From contig DASVZE010000195.1 in assembly GCA_036391775.1 (NCBI GenBank), positions 1-24,931 of the forward strand: DNA of 24,931 nucleotides, read 5' to 3'. The notes under the pieces are model-generated. The model was not told the origin of the DNA. It ran no database searches and saw only the letters and a program-made list of their open reading frames with translations. The DNA is from Chloroflexota bacterium (GTDB lineage: Bacteria > Chloroflexota > UBA5177). Shown piece after piece: positions 1 to 7,947 of the stretch. Both the position numbers and the translations under genes were made by a program. The stretch's first letter is position 1; each line of letters opens with the position of its first letter.

Positions 1-290
1 TACGAGGTGTAGAACTCCGATCGCCCCGTCATTGCCCCGACAACACTTGGCACGTAATGGTGATACGCTCCCGCACCAAGAAATGATGGACGGTGTTCCA
101 GGTCTTGATTCTGCTCGGCGAGCGAATCGATCAGTCTCTGAACCTCCATCTCACTGAGTCCCTTTGGGATCTGGGGAGGGCCGCTGCGAAGCTCATTCGG
201 CACATTGGCGAACAGGTCTTCCATGCTCGAGACACCTATGACCTTCAGCATCTCCTCTCGCTCATGTGAGGTGTGCGGCAGATACGACAT
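1..290 (-). CDS. gcvPA: Glycine dehydrogenase (decarboxylating) subunit 1, N-terminal part; runs off the window edge
   Basis: Manual translation from ATG at 290: MSYLPHTSHEREEMLKVIGVSSMEDLF...SFLGAGAYHHYVPSVV...RSEFYTS, the typical GcvPA N-terminus. The start overlaps the gcvH stop by 1 nt (TGATG). Not in the ORF track because its stop lies outside the window. Confidence 0.95.
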   Translation of the reverse strand, partial: MSYLPHTSHEREEMLKVIGVSSMEDLFANVPNELRSGPPQIPKGLSEMEVQRLIDSLAEQNQDLEHRPSFLGAGAYHHYVPSVVGAMTGRSEFYTS

Positions 291-682
291 CAATGGCGCT
301 CCGCCGTGCTGCGTTCATATGCGTCTGCATCTAAAAGGTCGTCATACGCGCTCGGATCGACTGGCCGAATCCGTGCAATCCAGCCTTTCCCGTACGGGTC
401 CTCATTGACCAGAGCGGGGTTTTGGTCCAGATCGGTATTGACCTCGCTCACTTCCCCGGCCAGTGGACAGTTCAAATCAGACACGGCTTTGACCGACTCA
501 ATCTCGCCAAACGGTTCTTTCTGGCTATATTCCTTGCCGGGCTCAGGTAGTTGCAGATAAACCACATCACCTAGCTGCTCGGCGGCAAAGGCGGTGATTC
601 CACACACCACCGTGTCACCTTCACGCCGCACCCACTCGTCGGTTTCCGTGTAGCGCAGATCATCCGGGAGTTGTGTCGTCAC
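290..682 (-). CDS. gcvH: Glycine cleavage system H protein
   Basis: Motifs YTETDEWV, GITAFAAEQLGDVVY, the lipoyl-lysine context EIESVKAVSD, and VNEDPYGKGWI. The GTG start overlaps the gcvT stop (GTGA). Confidence 0.97.
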   Translation of the reverse strand: MTTQLPDDLRYTETDEWVRREGDTVVCGITAFAAEQLGDVVYLQLPEPGKEYSQKEPFGEIESVKAVSDLNCPLAGEVSEVNTDLDQNPALVNEDPYGKGWIARIRPVDPSAYDDLLDADAYERSTAERH

Positions 683-1773
683 GGCGCTACCTCCTCTCGT
701 CTATACATCGGCTTGCGGACAACTCTGCCCGGGTGCCGCTGTCCGCGTACTTCAATATCAATGTCATTACCTGTTCTATTTTGATCCCTCCGCACGTATC
801 CCAGAGCGATACCGCGCTCAAACGTGGGGGAGAAAGTTCCGCTCGTTATCTCGCCTATCTGCTCCGCGTCTTTCCATATCGCGCAGTGAGCACGTGGAAT
901 GCTGCGATCGAGCATCTCGAGCGCCGACATACGGCGATCCACACCCAACCGCTTCTGTTCTTCCAGAACGTCTCGACCAATGAACGGCTGATCTCGAAAT
1001 TTGACGGTCCAGCCCAGTCCGGCCTCGATAGGAGAGGTTGTCTCGTCGATGTCGTTCCCATATAGCATGTACCCGGCTTCGAGGCGCAGAGTGTCCCGCG
1101 CGCCCAGTCCGACAGGCTTCAGTCCTTCCGCTTCTCCGCGGTCTAGCAGCTTGTTCCAGAGGTGTGGCGCATGCTCGGGTGACACGTAGAGCTCGAACCC
1201 ATCCTCACCGGTATAGCCTGTCCTGGACACAATGGCGGATATGCCCGCCACATTAGCTCGTGTGAAGTGGTAGTAAGCAACCCCCTCCAGGCCAGTCTCC
1301 GCAAGGTCCTGCACGATGCCCGCGGCTCGCGGGCCCTGAACTGCTACCAAAGCGGTCTCATCACCGCGGTCCTCGATCTGAACGTCACCGTCGATGTTAT
1401 TGCGAATCCAGGTCAGATCCTTTTCGATGTTGGATGCATTGACGACCAGCATGAGGTGGTCAGGAAAGCGATACACGAGGAGATCGTCGACGATGCCTCC
1501 CTCCGGGAAGCACATCGGCGTGTAGCGCACCTGGTACGCCTCCAGACCACGGATGTCGTTCGTGACGAGCCGGTCGATCTGGGACACTGCGTCGGGCCCC
1601 CATACTCGAAACTCCCCCATGTGGGAGAGATCGAACATCCCCGCTGCCCGTCTCACGGCCCTGTGCTCCTCGAGGATACTCGAGTACTGGAGGGGCATGA
1701 GAAATCCCGCAAAGGGCACAACGCGGGCACCCATTTCTACGTGCTCATGATAGAGCGCGGTCTTTTTCTCCAA
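679..1773 (-). CDS. gcvT: Glycine cleavage system T protein (aminomethyltransferase)
   Basis: Motifs KTALYHEH, FAGFLMPLQY, FDLSHMGE, SRTGYTGEDGFE, GLGARDTLRLEAG and GEITSG. I prefer the TTG start at 1773 (MEKKTALY) behind a purine-rich stretch; the ORF track starts at ATG 1809. Confidence 0.97.
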   Translation of the reverse strand: MEKKTALYHEHVEMGARVVPFAGFLMPLQYSSILEEHRAVRRAAGMFDLSHMGEFRVWGPDAVSQIDRLVTNDIRGLEAYQVRYTPMCFPEGGIVDDLLVYRFPDHLMLVVNASNIEKDLTWIRNNIDGDVQIEDRGDETALVAVQGPRAAGIVQDLAETGLEGVAYYHFTRANVAGISAIVSRTGYTGEDGFELYVSPEHAPHLWNKLLDRGEAEGLKPVGLGARDTLRLEAGYMLYGNDIDETTSPIEAGLGWTVKFRDQPFIGRDVLEEQKRLGVDRRMSALEMLDRSIPRAHCAIWKDAEQIGEITSGTFSPTFERGIALGYVRRDQNRTGNDIDIEVRGQRHPGRVVRKPMYRREEVAP

Positions 1774-1859
1774 CCTCCCGTCCCCTCGGCCAGTCGCACA
1801 GCCCCTCATACTACATTCTCGGGCTGGATGATTGGCTCTCCGCTAGTCGGTTCCTGCCG

Positions 1860-2876
1860 CTAACGTTGCGTCGGGGTGACCGAGGGATTTGGTAGAGACG
1901 TCGCGACCGGGGTAGACGGTGTCGCCGAAACAGTCGCCTCAACTGGAGTGGGCGTCGGCGTGGAGGGAGGCGGAGCGATGTAGGTCCACAGAACGCTCGG
2001 GGTGGAAAGTCCGCCGCATGCCGTCATGGCCGTTATGTCGATCTCGTAGCTTGCTCCCGGGTTGGTTTTTGTAAGTGAGTAACGATGATCGGGGACAAGT
2101 CCGTCAAACATGACCCGGTCCGTTGTCCCGTGGCGAATCACTCTCACGTGAAAAGACACGTCGTTCTTGCCCGGCTGCCATGTCCACGTCAAGCTCGAAT
2201 CCGTTCCAAAGGTAGGACGAATCTGTGACACCGCACCGGGTAAGGCGCAGGGCTCGACGGCAAGAGCCATGCGCGCGAAGTAACCCCACGCGCGATTAAA
2301 CTCCACCCATGAATATCGCCTGCGAGCCCTTATCCATGGATCTTGCACGATGACGGTCGATGCATCGTATCCAACCATCAGAACCGCGTGCTCCCAGGGA
2401 ACCAGAAAGAATTGAGTCCCATTTGACCACTCGAGGCGTGGCACTTCGTGCTTCAGGTTGTAGGTGATCCACGTTACGACGGGCCACCCACGGTCGATAT
2501 ACGTTCGCAATGTCTCGTCTGTGGCATAGGTCAATACGTCACTACCGTATCCGTAACGCAGGAGGGCTCGGTGCAAGGGCGCCGCGTAGACCCCGTAGTT
2601 CACCAATGTTGTACCCTGCTCACCACTGGGATCTCCCCGGAAACCAATGTTCGGGTTCGGGTTCCGGGGTATCGCGCGCATCAGCTGCGTTTCTGTGATC
2701 AGGGCGCGCGTTCCCATGCTGACCGCGGAGGCCTCGCACGTCAGTGAATGCTGTTGCTTGAGTAAAGGAAATCCCGGTAGGAAGGCGGAAGTCGCGCTTC
2801 CAGATACGCGGTTGGGAAACGCGATATACACAGACAGAAGGAGTACGGCAGTCAGTAATCGAACGGGTCGCGGCAT
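1860..2876 (-). CDS. Secreted C39-like cysteine peptidase with a fibronectin type III-like domain and a Pro/Thr-rich tail
   Basis: N-terminal signal peptide. Candidate catalytic triad: Cys in QQHSLTCEASAVSM, His in EHAVLMVGYD, Asp in VQDPW. NPNIGFRGDP is typical of Peptidase_C39_2. The beta-rich segment LTWTWQPG...YEIDITAMTACG resembles Fn3, and the protein ends in PTPTP-rich sequence. Confidence 0.8.
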   Translation of the reverse strand: MPRPVRLLTAVLLLSVYIAFPNRVSGSATSAFLPGFPLLKQQHSLTCEASAVSMGTRALITETQLMRAIPRNPNPNIGFRGDPSGEQGTTLVNYGVYAAPLHRALLRYGYGSDVLTYATDETLRTYIDRGWPVVTWITYNLKHEVPRLEWSNGTQFFLVPWEHAVLMVGYDASTVIVQDPWIRARRRYSWVEFNRAWGYFARMALAVEPCALPGAVSQIRPTFGTDSSLTWTWQPGKNDVSFHVRVIRHGTTDRVMFDGLVPDHRYSLTKTNPGASYEIDITAMTACGGLSTPSVLWTYIAPPPSTPTPTPVEATVSATPSTPVATSLPNPSVTPTQR

Positions 2877-2960
2877 AGAAACCTACGGGAACGCCGTAGC
2901 ATAGCATAGTGGTTCGCCGCGCGCGAGGGTCGCCGCGTAACACACGAAGGAGATTCGAAG

Positions 2961-3422
2961 ATGTCGGAAGCAATCGAAGGAAGCACAGCACCGGACTTCA
3001 CATTGCATCGCTCGGGCGGAGGCGACGTGCACCTGCAGGATCTTCGAGGGAAGCACGTCGTGCTCTACTTCTATCCCAAGGACGATACGTCAGGGTGCAC
3101 ACGGGAAGCGTGTGGATTTCGCGATCGTCATGTCGATCTCGAAAGCAGGGATGCGGTTGTCCTGGGTGTTAGCCGTGACTCCGTTGCATCACATAACAGC
3201 TTCGCGCAGAAGTACAATCTTCCTTTTCAGCTCCTGTCTGATCCCGATCACCGGGTAGCAGAGGCGTACGGTGTGTGGAAAGAAAAACGTAGTTTCGGGA
3301 AGACCTATATGGGGATCGAGCGCAGCACATTTCTCATCAGTCCGGAGGGAATTATCACGCGAGCCTGGCGCGGGGTGAATCCTGACAAGCACGCCGACGA
3401 GGTGCTCGCGGCCCTTTCCTGA
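2961..3422 (+). CDS. bcp: Thioredoxin-dependent thiol peroxidase (BCP/PrxQ peroxiredoxin)
   Basis: APDFTL, VVLYFYPKDDTSGCTREACGFRD (peroxidatic and resolving Cys), GVSRDS and GIERSTFLI. RBS AGGAGA upstream. Confidence 0.96.
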   Translation: MSEAIEGSTAPDFTLHRSGGGDVHLQDLRGKHVVLYFYPKDDTSGCTREACGFRDRHVDLESRDAVVLGVSRDSVASHNSFAQKYNLPFQLLSDPDHRVAEAYGVWKEKRSFGKTYMGIERSTFLISPEGIITRAWRGVNPDKHADEVLAALS

Positions 3423-3443
3423 CCGCGTTCGTATACTCGGACT

Positions 3444-4220
3444 ATGACTCTCTTTGAGACTCTTGAGCGCAAGATTCGGGATGAGGTACCGTGTGCTCTG
3501 GCGACAGTCGTGTCGGGCCCGGAGCATGTCGGGAGCAAGCTGCTCGTCGACCTCGACGGGAAGGTGTCGCAGTCTGACTTGCCGGATGTTCTGAAGTCGC
3601 CGGTGCGGGAGGACGCGCAGCGCCTGCTGTCACAGGGAAAGTCTCAAACTCTGACGTACGACCTTCCCCATGGAGAGTACGCAGTCTTTATCGACGTCTA
3701 TCCCGTTTTGCCCCAGCTGGTCGTTATCGGCGCCACTGACACCGCTATCCACCTGTCCAGCTTCGGTAAGGCACTGGGATATCGGGTTATCGTGACCGAT
3801 GCGCGCGCCGCATTTGCCCGGCGGGAACGATTCCCCTCGGCAGAGAGAGTGCTAAAAGGCTGGCCACAGGACGTTCTGCCGACGCTGCGCCTCGATGAAT
3901 CGACATATGCAGTACTGCTGAGTCATGACCCCAAGTTTGACGAACCAACGCTGGACATACTCCTTCCTTCCTCTGTGCGTTACATCGGAGCCATCGGCAG
4001 CAGATCCACTCAGGAACAGCGATTTGCGCGATTGCGCGCTGCCGGTTACACCGAAGAGCAGCTGAACCGCGTCCACGGGCCTATCGGTCTCGATCTTGGC
4101 GGCCGGAGCCCCGAAGAAACGGCGCTTGCTATCCTGGCAGAAATCACTGCCGTGCGCTATGGAAGATCAGGCAGCTTCATGCGCCGGACCAAACCGGCTG
4201 CCGCAAAAGCATTGAGTTGA
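3444..4220 (+). CDS. XdhC/CoxF-family molybdenum hydroxylase accessory protein, short form
   Basis: ALATVV N-terminus and a Rossmann-like domain with LVVIGA, VTDARAAFARRERFP, SHDPKFDEPTL, YIGAIGSR and HGPIGLDLGGRSPEETALAILAEI. Confidence 0.9.
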   Translation: MTLFETLERKIRDEVPCALATVVSGPEHVGSKLLVDLDGKVSQSDLPDVLKSPVREDAQRLLSQGKSQTLTYDLPHGEYAVFIDVYPVLPQLVVIGATDTAIHLSSFGKALGYRVIVTDARAAFARRERFPSAERVLKGWPQDVLPTLRLDESTYAVLLSHDPKFDEPTLDILLPSSVRYIGAIGSRSTQEQRFARLRAAGYTEEQLNRVHGPIGLDLGGRSPEETALAILAEITAVRYGRSGSFMRRTKPAAAKALS

Positions 4221-5248
4221 AGCCGTTTGCCCTTGCGCCATCCGACGTGACGGCGGAGGCCGTACGTGGGGCGGTTTTGTGCCACGATGTGATTGCCGTA
4301 GGTGAAACCGGACGCGTCCGATTGCGCAAAGGATTGATACTCCAATCCGAGCATGTAGCCGCTCTGAAGACCTTCGGTAGCGATATTCACCTTCTGGCCC
4401 TCGAGCCCGGTGACGTGCACGAAGACGCGGCGGCGATCCGTCTGGCCCGAGCGGTCGCCGGGCCCGGAGTGCGGCTCACGGACCCGGTCGAGAGTCAGGT
4501 TCATATGCGAGCCGAGTTTCGTGGGTTGTGCGAGGTGGACTTTTCCTCATTGCTGCCTATCAACTGCCTTCCGGATATTTCGGTCTTCACTGTCTACGAT
4601 GGTCAGCCGGTCGACGAAGGAAAGGCTGTGGGCGCTTGCAAGGTCACCCCGCTCGCGATTCCGGATGAGATCCTGCGGCAAGCTGAACAGATTGCACATG
4701 ACCGAGCCCCCATAGTCACCGTTCGTCCCTTTACCGGGGCATCGGTCGGAGTCGTGGTGCGGGAACGTATCGCGGGAACCGCGCGCCAGCGGTTTCAGGA
4801 AGCAATCACGCGCAAGCTTCGCTGGTTCGGGTCCGATGTCGCAGGCATTGCCTACCTGCCGGACGATGTGGACGACATCGCTGGAGCATTCACGCATTTT
4901 GCCGGTGGCGGCGTGGGACTAATTCTTGCGGCCGGCGTGAACTCCACGGACCCACTCGATCTCACGCTCCAGGCATTGGAACGCGTGGGGGCGGTAACGG
5001 AGCGACGGGGCGTGCCCGCCCATCCCGGGAGTACGTGCTGGCTCGCGTACATCGACAACGTACCGGTCTTCGGCCTCGCGCTCTGCGGCATGTTTTCGAA
5101 AAACACGGTGCTGGACCTCGTCTTGCCGCGATTCCTCATCGGGCGCAGAATTACGTCCGAGGAGCTTGCGCGTCTGGGCCACGGTGGTCTGCTCAGCAAA
5201 GAAATGGCGTTCCGTTTTCCTCCTTACGAAGAGCTGACCGGCGATTGA
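4217..5248 (+). CDS. MoeA-like molybdopterin-binding protein
   Basis: LRKGLIL, DVHEDAAAIRLARAV, KVTPLAI, and a MoCF-biosynthesis-like C-terminal domain (GVNSTDPLDLT, GVPAHPGS, VLDLVLPR). The TTG start overlaps the upstream TGA. Confidence 0.75.
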   Translation: MKPFALAPSDVTAEAVRGAVLCHDVIAVGETGRVRLRKGLILQSEHVAALKTFGSDIHLLALEPGDVHEDAAAIRLARAVAGPGVRLTDPVESQVHMRAEFRGLCEVDFSSLLPINCLPDISVFTVYDGQPVDEGKAVGACKVTPLAIPDEILRQAEQIAHDRAPIVTVRPFTGASVGVVVRERIAGTARQRFQEAITRKLRWFGSDVAGIAYLPDDVDDIAGAFTHFAGGGVGLILAAGVNSTDPLDLTLQALERVGAVTERRGVPAHPGSTCWLAYIDNVPVFGLALCGMFSKNTVLDLVLPRFLIGRRITSEELARLGHGGLLSKEMAFRFPPYEELTGD

Positions 5249-5351
5249 CGTCATAACCTCCGCAACCCGCACGGCACAGAATCTGCACTAAGAAGGGTCG
5301 AACCCCAATCGGTCAAGAAGCCGGAGATACTATGCGTGAGCGAGAAGGACT

Positions 5352-5642
5352 ATGTCGTTGCTAGAGATGATGGGCGAAGAAGTGATCGCCGAGGAACGAC
5401 TGGAAGAGTACTTCGCCGACCTTTACAAAGTGACCTGCGTGAGCGAGCGCTCAGGGTCGTCGGAACGGCACGTCGCGGCCGTGCGAACGACGTACATCGT
5501 CGACTGGGAACAGCTCGTCCATCTCCTTGAGGACTACGGTGGATTCGGAGAGGACATCGTGGGGGTCGTCCCCGTGACGGCGTCGGAGTCCGCGGTTATG
5601 AGAGCCACCCCGTTCGGAGACTATCGTCTGGCGCAATCATAG
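5352..5642 (+). CDS. Small acidic hypothetical protein (96 aa; the start may be 5367)
   Basis: The ORF fills the gap between the flanking genes and has protein-like composition. No recognised family. Confidence 0.6.
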   Translation: MSLLEMMGEEVIAEERLEEYFADLYKVTCVSERSGSSERHVAAVRTTYIVDWEQLVHLLEDYGGFGEDIVGVVPVTASESAVMRATPFGDYRLAQS

Positions 5643-5655
5643 CCGGCAGCAACGG

Positions 5656-6003
5656 TTACTGTACCTGAAGGTCGGGCGGTAGCGCAGCAAGTCCTGCTGG
5701 ACTCAGCCTTCCCTCCCTCAGTAAACGCGCTGCTGCCTTTCTATTTGTCTCGGACCAGTTGCTACCTTTGCGCCTGGGCGTGAACCGGATGGCGTACCGT
5801 TCGCTGTCGATGGACCGAATTTTCCCGTCTATCCATCCGAAGCAGAGAGCGGTTTCGATCGCTCCCGTTAGATCGGGGCCGGGTTTGCCAACTGCTTTCT
5901 TGTAGAAGACCAACCAGAGCTCAGGCTCTACTTCATGGTTGGCCTGCAACCACTCCCGGAACGTGTCCGTGGAGGAAACTTCGAGACGTTTACCTCTAAT
6001 CAC
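5656..6003 (-). CDS. YdeI/OmpD-associated family protein (N-terminal domain only)
   Basis: FREWLQANH, LWLVFYKK, ALCFGWIDG and RFTPRRKGSNWSETNR match the YdeI-type N-terminal signature. Confidence 0.85.
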   Translation of the reverse strand: MIRGKRLEVSSTDTFREWLQANHEVEPELWLVFYKKAVGKPGPDLTGAIETALCFGWIDGKIRSIDSERYAIRFTPRRKGSNWSETNRKAAARLLREGRLSPAGLAALPPDLQVQ

Positions 6004-6005
6004 AC

Positions 6006-6014
6006 TCCTATAAT
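6006..6014 (+). promoter_or_regulatory. Putative sigma70-type -10 element for tdk
   Basis: Perfect TATAAT at 6009-6014, about 40 nt before the tdk ATG. No convincing -35. Confidence 0.5.
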
Positions 6015-6054
6015 CAGGTCCCCACCACAGCCTGATCCAGCGGAAGGACGCGCC

Positions 6055-6684
6055 ATGTCGCGAAAAGGTTCTCTCACAGTTATTTGCGGCCCCATGTTTT
6101 CAGGCAAGTCACGGGAGCTTATTCGACTCATTCACATTGCAGAGATTGCGGGCCAAACAACTGCCATCTTCAAGCCGCGCATCGACACTCGCTACCATCA
6201 CAGTGACATCGCTTCGCACGACGGCTTACGCAGACAGGCAAAAAGCGTTGAAACCGGGCACGAGATCGTGGCGGTGCTTTCCGACGTACCGCGTCTTCCC
6301 GACGTGGTGGGGATAGACGAGGGCCAGTTCTTTGATCGAGGCCTGACGGCTGTCTGTCTTTGGCTGGTGGATCGTGGCCGCCGGGTCGTCGTGGCTGGAC
6401 TGGACCGCAATTTCCGGGGTGAGCCGTTTGGAAGTATGCCGGAGCTGCTCGCCTGCGCCGACGAGGTTCTCAAGTTGCGCGCGGTTTGCATGCGTTGTAA
6501 AGATCCCCGCGTGACGGCTGTGCTCCCGCAACGTCTGATCGACGGCGTCCCCGCACCGTACGACAGTCCTGAAGTCCTGGTAGGCGGAGCCGAACTCTAC
6601 GAAGCTCGCTGTCTCAATTGTCATGAAGTTCCCGGAAAGCCAGATTTTTCATCAAGCTTGCAGGGTGTCCTGCTGAACGGCTAA
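6055..6684 (+). CDS. tdk: Thymidine kinase
   Basis: P-loop GPMFSGKS, FKPRIDTRY, IDEGQFF, AGLDRNFRGEPFG, and Zn ligands CMRC...CLNCH. Start ATG at 6055 behind GGAAGGA; the ORF-track start at 5935 overlaps the divergent gene. Confidence 0.97.
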   Translation: MSRKGSLTVICGPMFSGKSRELIRLIHIAEIAGQTTAIFKPRIDTRYHHSDIASHDGLRRQAKSVETGHEIVAVLSDVPRLPDVVGIDEGQFFDRGLTAVCLWLVDRGRRVVVAGLDRNFRGEPFGSMPELLACADEVLKLRAVCMRCKDPRVTAVLPQRLIDGVPAPYDSPEVLVGGAELYEARCLNCHEVPGKPDFSSSLQGVLLNG

Positions 6685-6689
6685 CCGAT

Positions 6690-7334
6690 TTAGAGGTCCT
6701 TTTGCCGGCTCCTGATCTCGGCCAGTGTTGGCGATAGATCGATGCGCCCGGACTGAATGCGCTCGACGAGGTCTGCGGGAATCTCCGTCATATGGGTTGC
6801 TAGACCATTTGATTCAACGATCAAACTCGTGATGGCCAGAGATTCGTCGTCCACCACAAGACGTTCTAGGTCTCCGACATCTCCATCCTGAGCGGCCACG
6901 ACCGTCTTATCGCCGATAACCGCTGATCCCGCAGGAACGTTCCGCCAGACCTCGACAATTGGGGTGAAGGCAATGGTCGTAATGCCCTGCGCAGCGCCTA
7001 CCGGAGGAACGTTCGGCACGTCGACGAATTCTTGCTTGTAATCAGCAGACTCAATGTCGTCTGCCACATCGGCTGGAGGCGGAGCGACATTCTGGCTGTA
7101 TGCGTATGGCTCGAGCGAATGGAGCTGCGTTTCATCCATCCGCAACGAGACCGCGTCATCGTCTGCGGCCGCGACAAATTCTGCCGGCACGATGACGGCA
7201 CGCCCGTCGAAACCTGACTCCTGAACCACGAGTGAGAGAACTTTCTTAGTCGCGCTATCGCACACAATGTGGCGTAGCTCACCGAGCGACGGACCGTCTA
7301 CCTGCCTCACATCGCTCAACAGATGTAGCTCCAT
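6690..7334 (-). CDS. Tandem PRC-barrel domain protein
   Basis: Two repeats of the PRC pattern (DG..LGELRHIVCD...V..LVV and DGDVGDLERLVVD...ITSLIV...IPADLVERI) joined by an acidic, Pro-rich linker. RBS AGAGGTG. Confidence 0.8.
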   Translation of the reverse strand: MELHLLSDVRQVDGPSLGELRHIVCDSATKKVLSLVVQESGFDGRAVIVPAEFVAAADDDAVSLRMDETQLHSLEPYAYSQNVAPPPADVADDIESADYKQEFVDVPNVPPVGAAQGITTIAFTPIVEVWRNVPAGSAVIGDKTVVAAQDGDVGDLERLVVDDESLAITSLIVESNGLATHMTEIPADLVERIQSGRIDLSPTLAEIRSRQKDL

Positions 7335-7589
7335 ATCTCACACCTCTTTTCAAACGCTTCTCCTCATAGTAGGTCGCGCGGGCAGTATCAAAAGCTCAGA
7401 GCACAAAAGAGGCTTTACTTCCTGAAGAGACGCCACGCATCTTTGCGGGCACGCGATGCTTGCCGGAACTCTGCCTGGAAACTGGCAAAACCGGAGCCGA
7501 ACAACCGGATCGAACGTGCAAAGTCTTGCCCGACGTGCGGTTGTACTCGCCGAGAGAGCAGGCTTACCGGCACTCTTTGGTACGTGCAT

Positions 7590-7598
7590 TGATATACT
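7590..7598 (+). promoter_or_regulatory. Putative extended -10 promoter (TGnTATACT), probably driving tRNA-Ser
   Basis: TGATATACT at 7590-7598, inside the inverted repeat GCATT-N9-AATGC (7586-7604). Confidence 0.5.
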
Positions 7599-7705
7599 GA
7601 ATGCGGCAATGAGCCGGCTTCTGGCCGGCTTTCTTACCGTTCACGGTCTGGCCAAGAGACGGTCTGTTTCTCGAGAAAGCAGCACGATCCGTCGAAAGGG
7701 AGCGT

Positions 7706-7795
7706 GGAGAGGTCGCCTAGTCCGGCCTAGGGCGCGGCACTGGAAATGCCGTAAGGCGCAAGCCTTCGTGGGTTCGAATCCCACCCTCTCCGCCA
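7706..7795 (+). tRNA. tRNA-Ser(GGA)
   Basis: Acceptor stem GGAGAGG/CCTCTCC, anticodon stem CGGCA/TGCCG with loop CTGGAAA, long variable arm AAGGC-GCAA-GCCTT, T-arm GTGGGTTCGAATCCCAC, discriminator G and an encoded CCA. Confidence 0.98.
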
Positions 7796-7947
7796 CTCCT
7801 CGCCGACGACTTCTTTCCCGTATTCGTCTCGGCGGACCCGTCAGTGGACCTATCGGAACTTCCCCACCGCCCAGGGACAGGCCAAACCTGGTTCGTAGAC
7901 GCCGTCTACAGGCAACCGCAGGGTCGTGCCGTTCAATCGGCGTGTCG

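Noticed and set aside
1774-1859. Glycine riboswitch upstream of gcvT
   Set aside because: Only about 86 nt separate gcvT from the upstream gene. GGAGAG is present, but the CCGAAG and CTCTCAGG core elements are not.
1860-2876. C39 peptidase as part of a bacteriocin/RiPP export system
   Set aside because: It is a signal-peptide-bearing stand-alone C39_2-type protein, not fused to an ABC transporter, and there is no double-glycine precursor nearby.
7650-7690. SRP (4.5S) RNA suggested by AAGCAGCAC
   Set aside because: The conserved CAGG...GGAA...AGCAG domain IV arrangement is not present.
7706-7795. tRNA-Ser as the target of the nucleotidyltransferase, by analogy with MenT3
   Set aside because: The genes are about 12 kb apart with unrelated genes between them, so proximity gives no support.
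7796-7947. Gene remnant or RNA between the tRNA and SMP-30 (ORF 7844..8032; hairpin GTAGAC-GCC-GTCTAC at 7895-7909)
   Set aside because: The ORF overlaps the SMP-30 3' end and lacks an RBS. The 6-bp stem alone is too weak to call.
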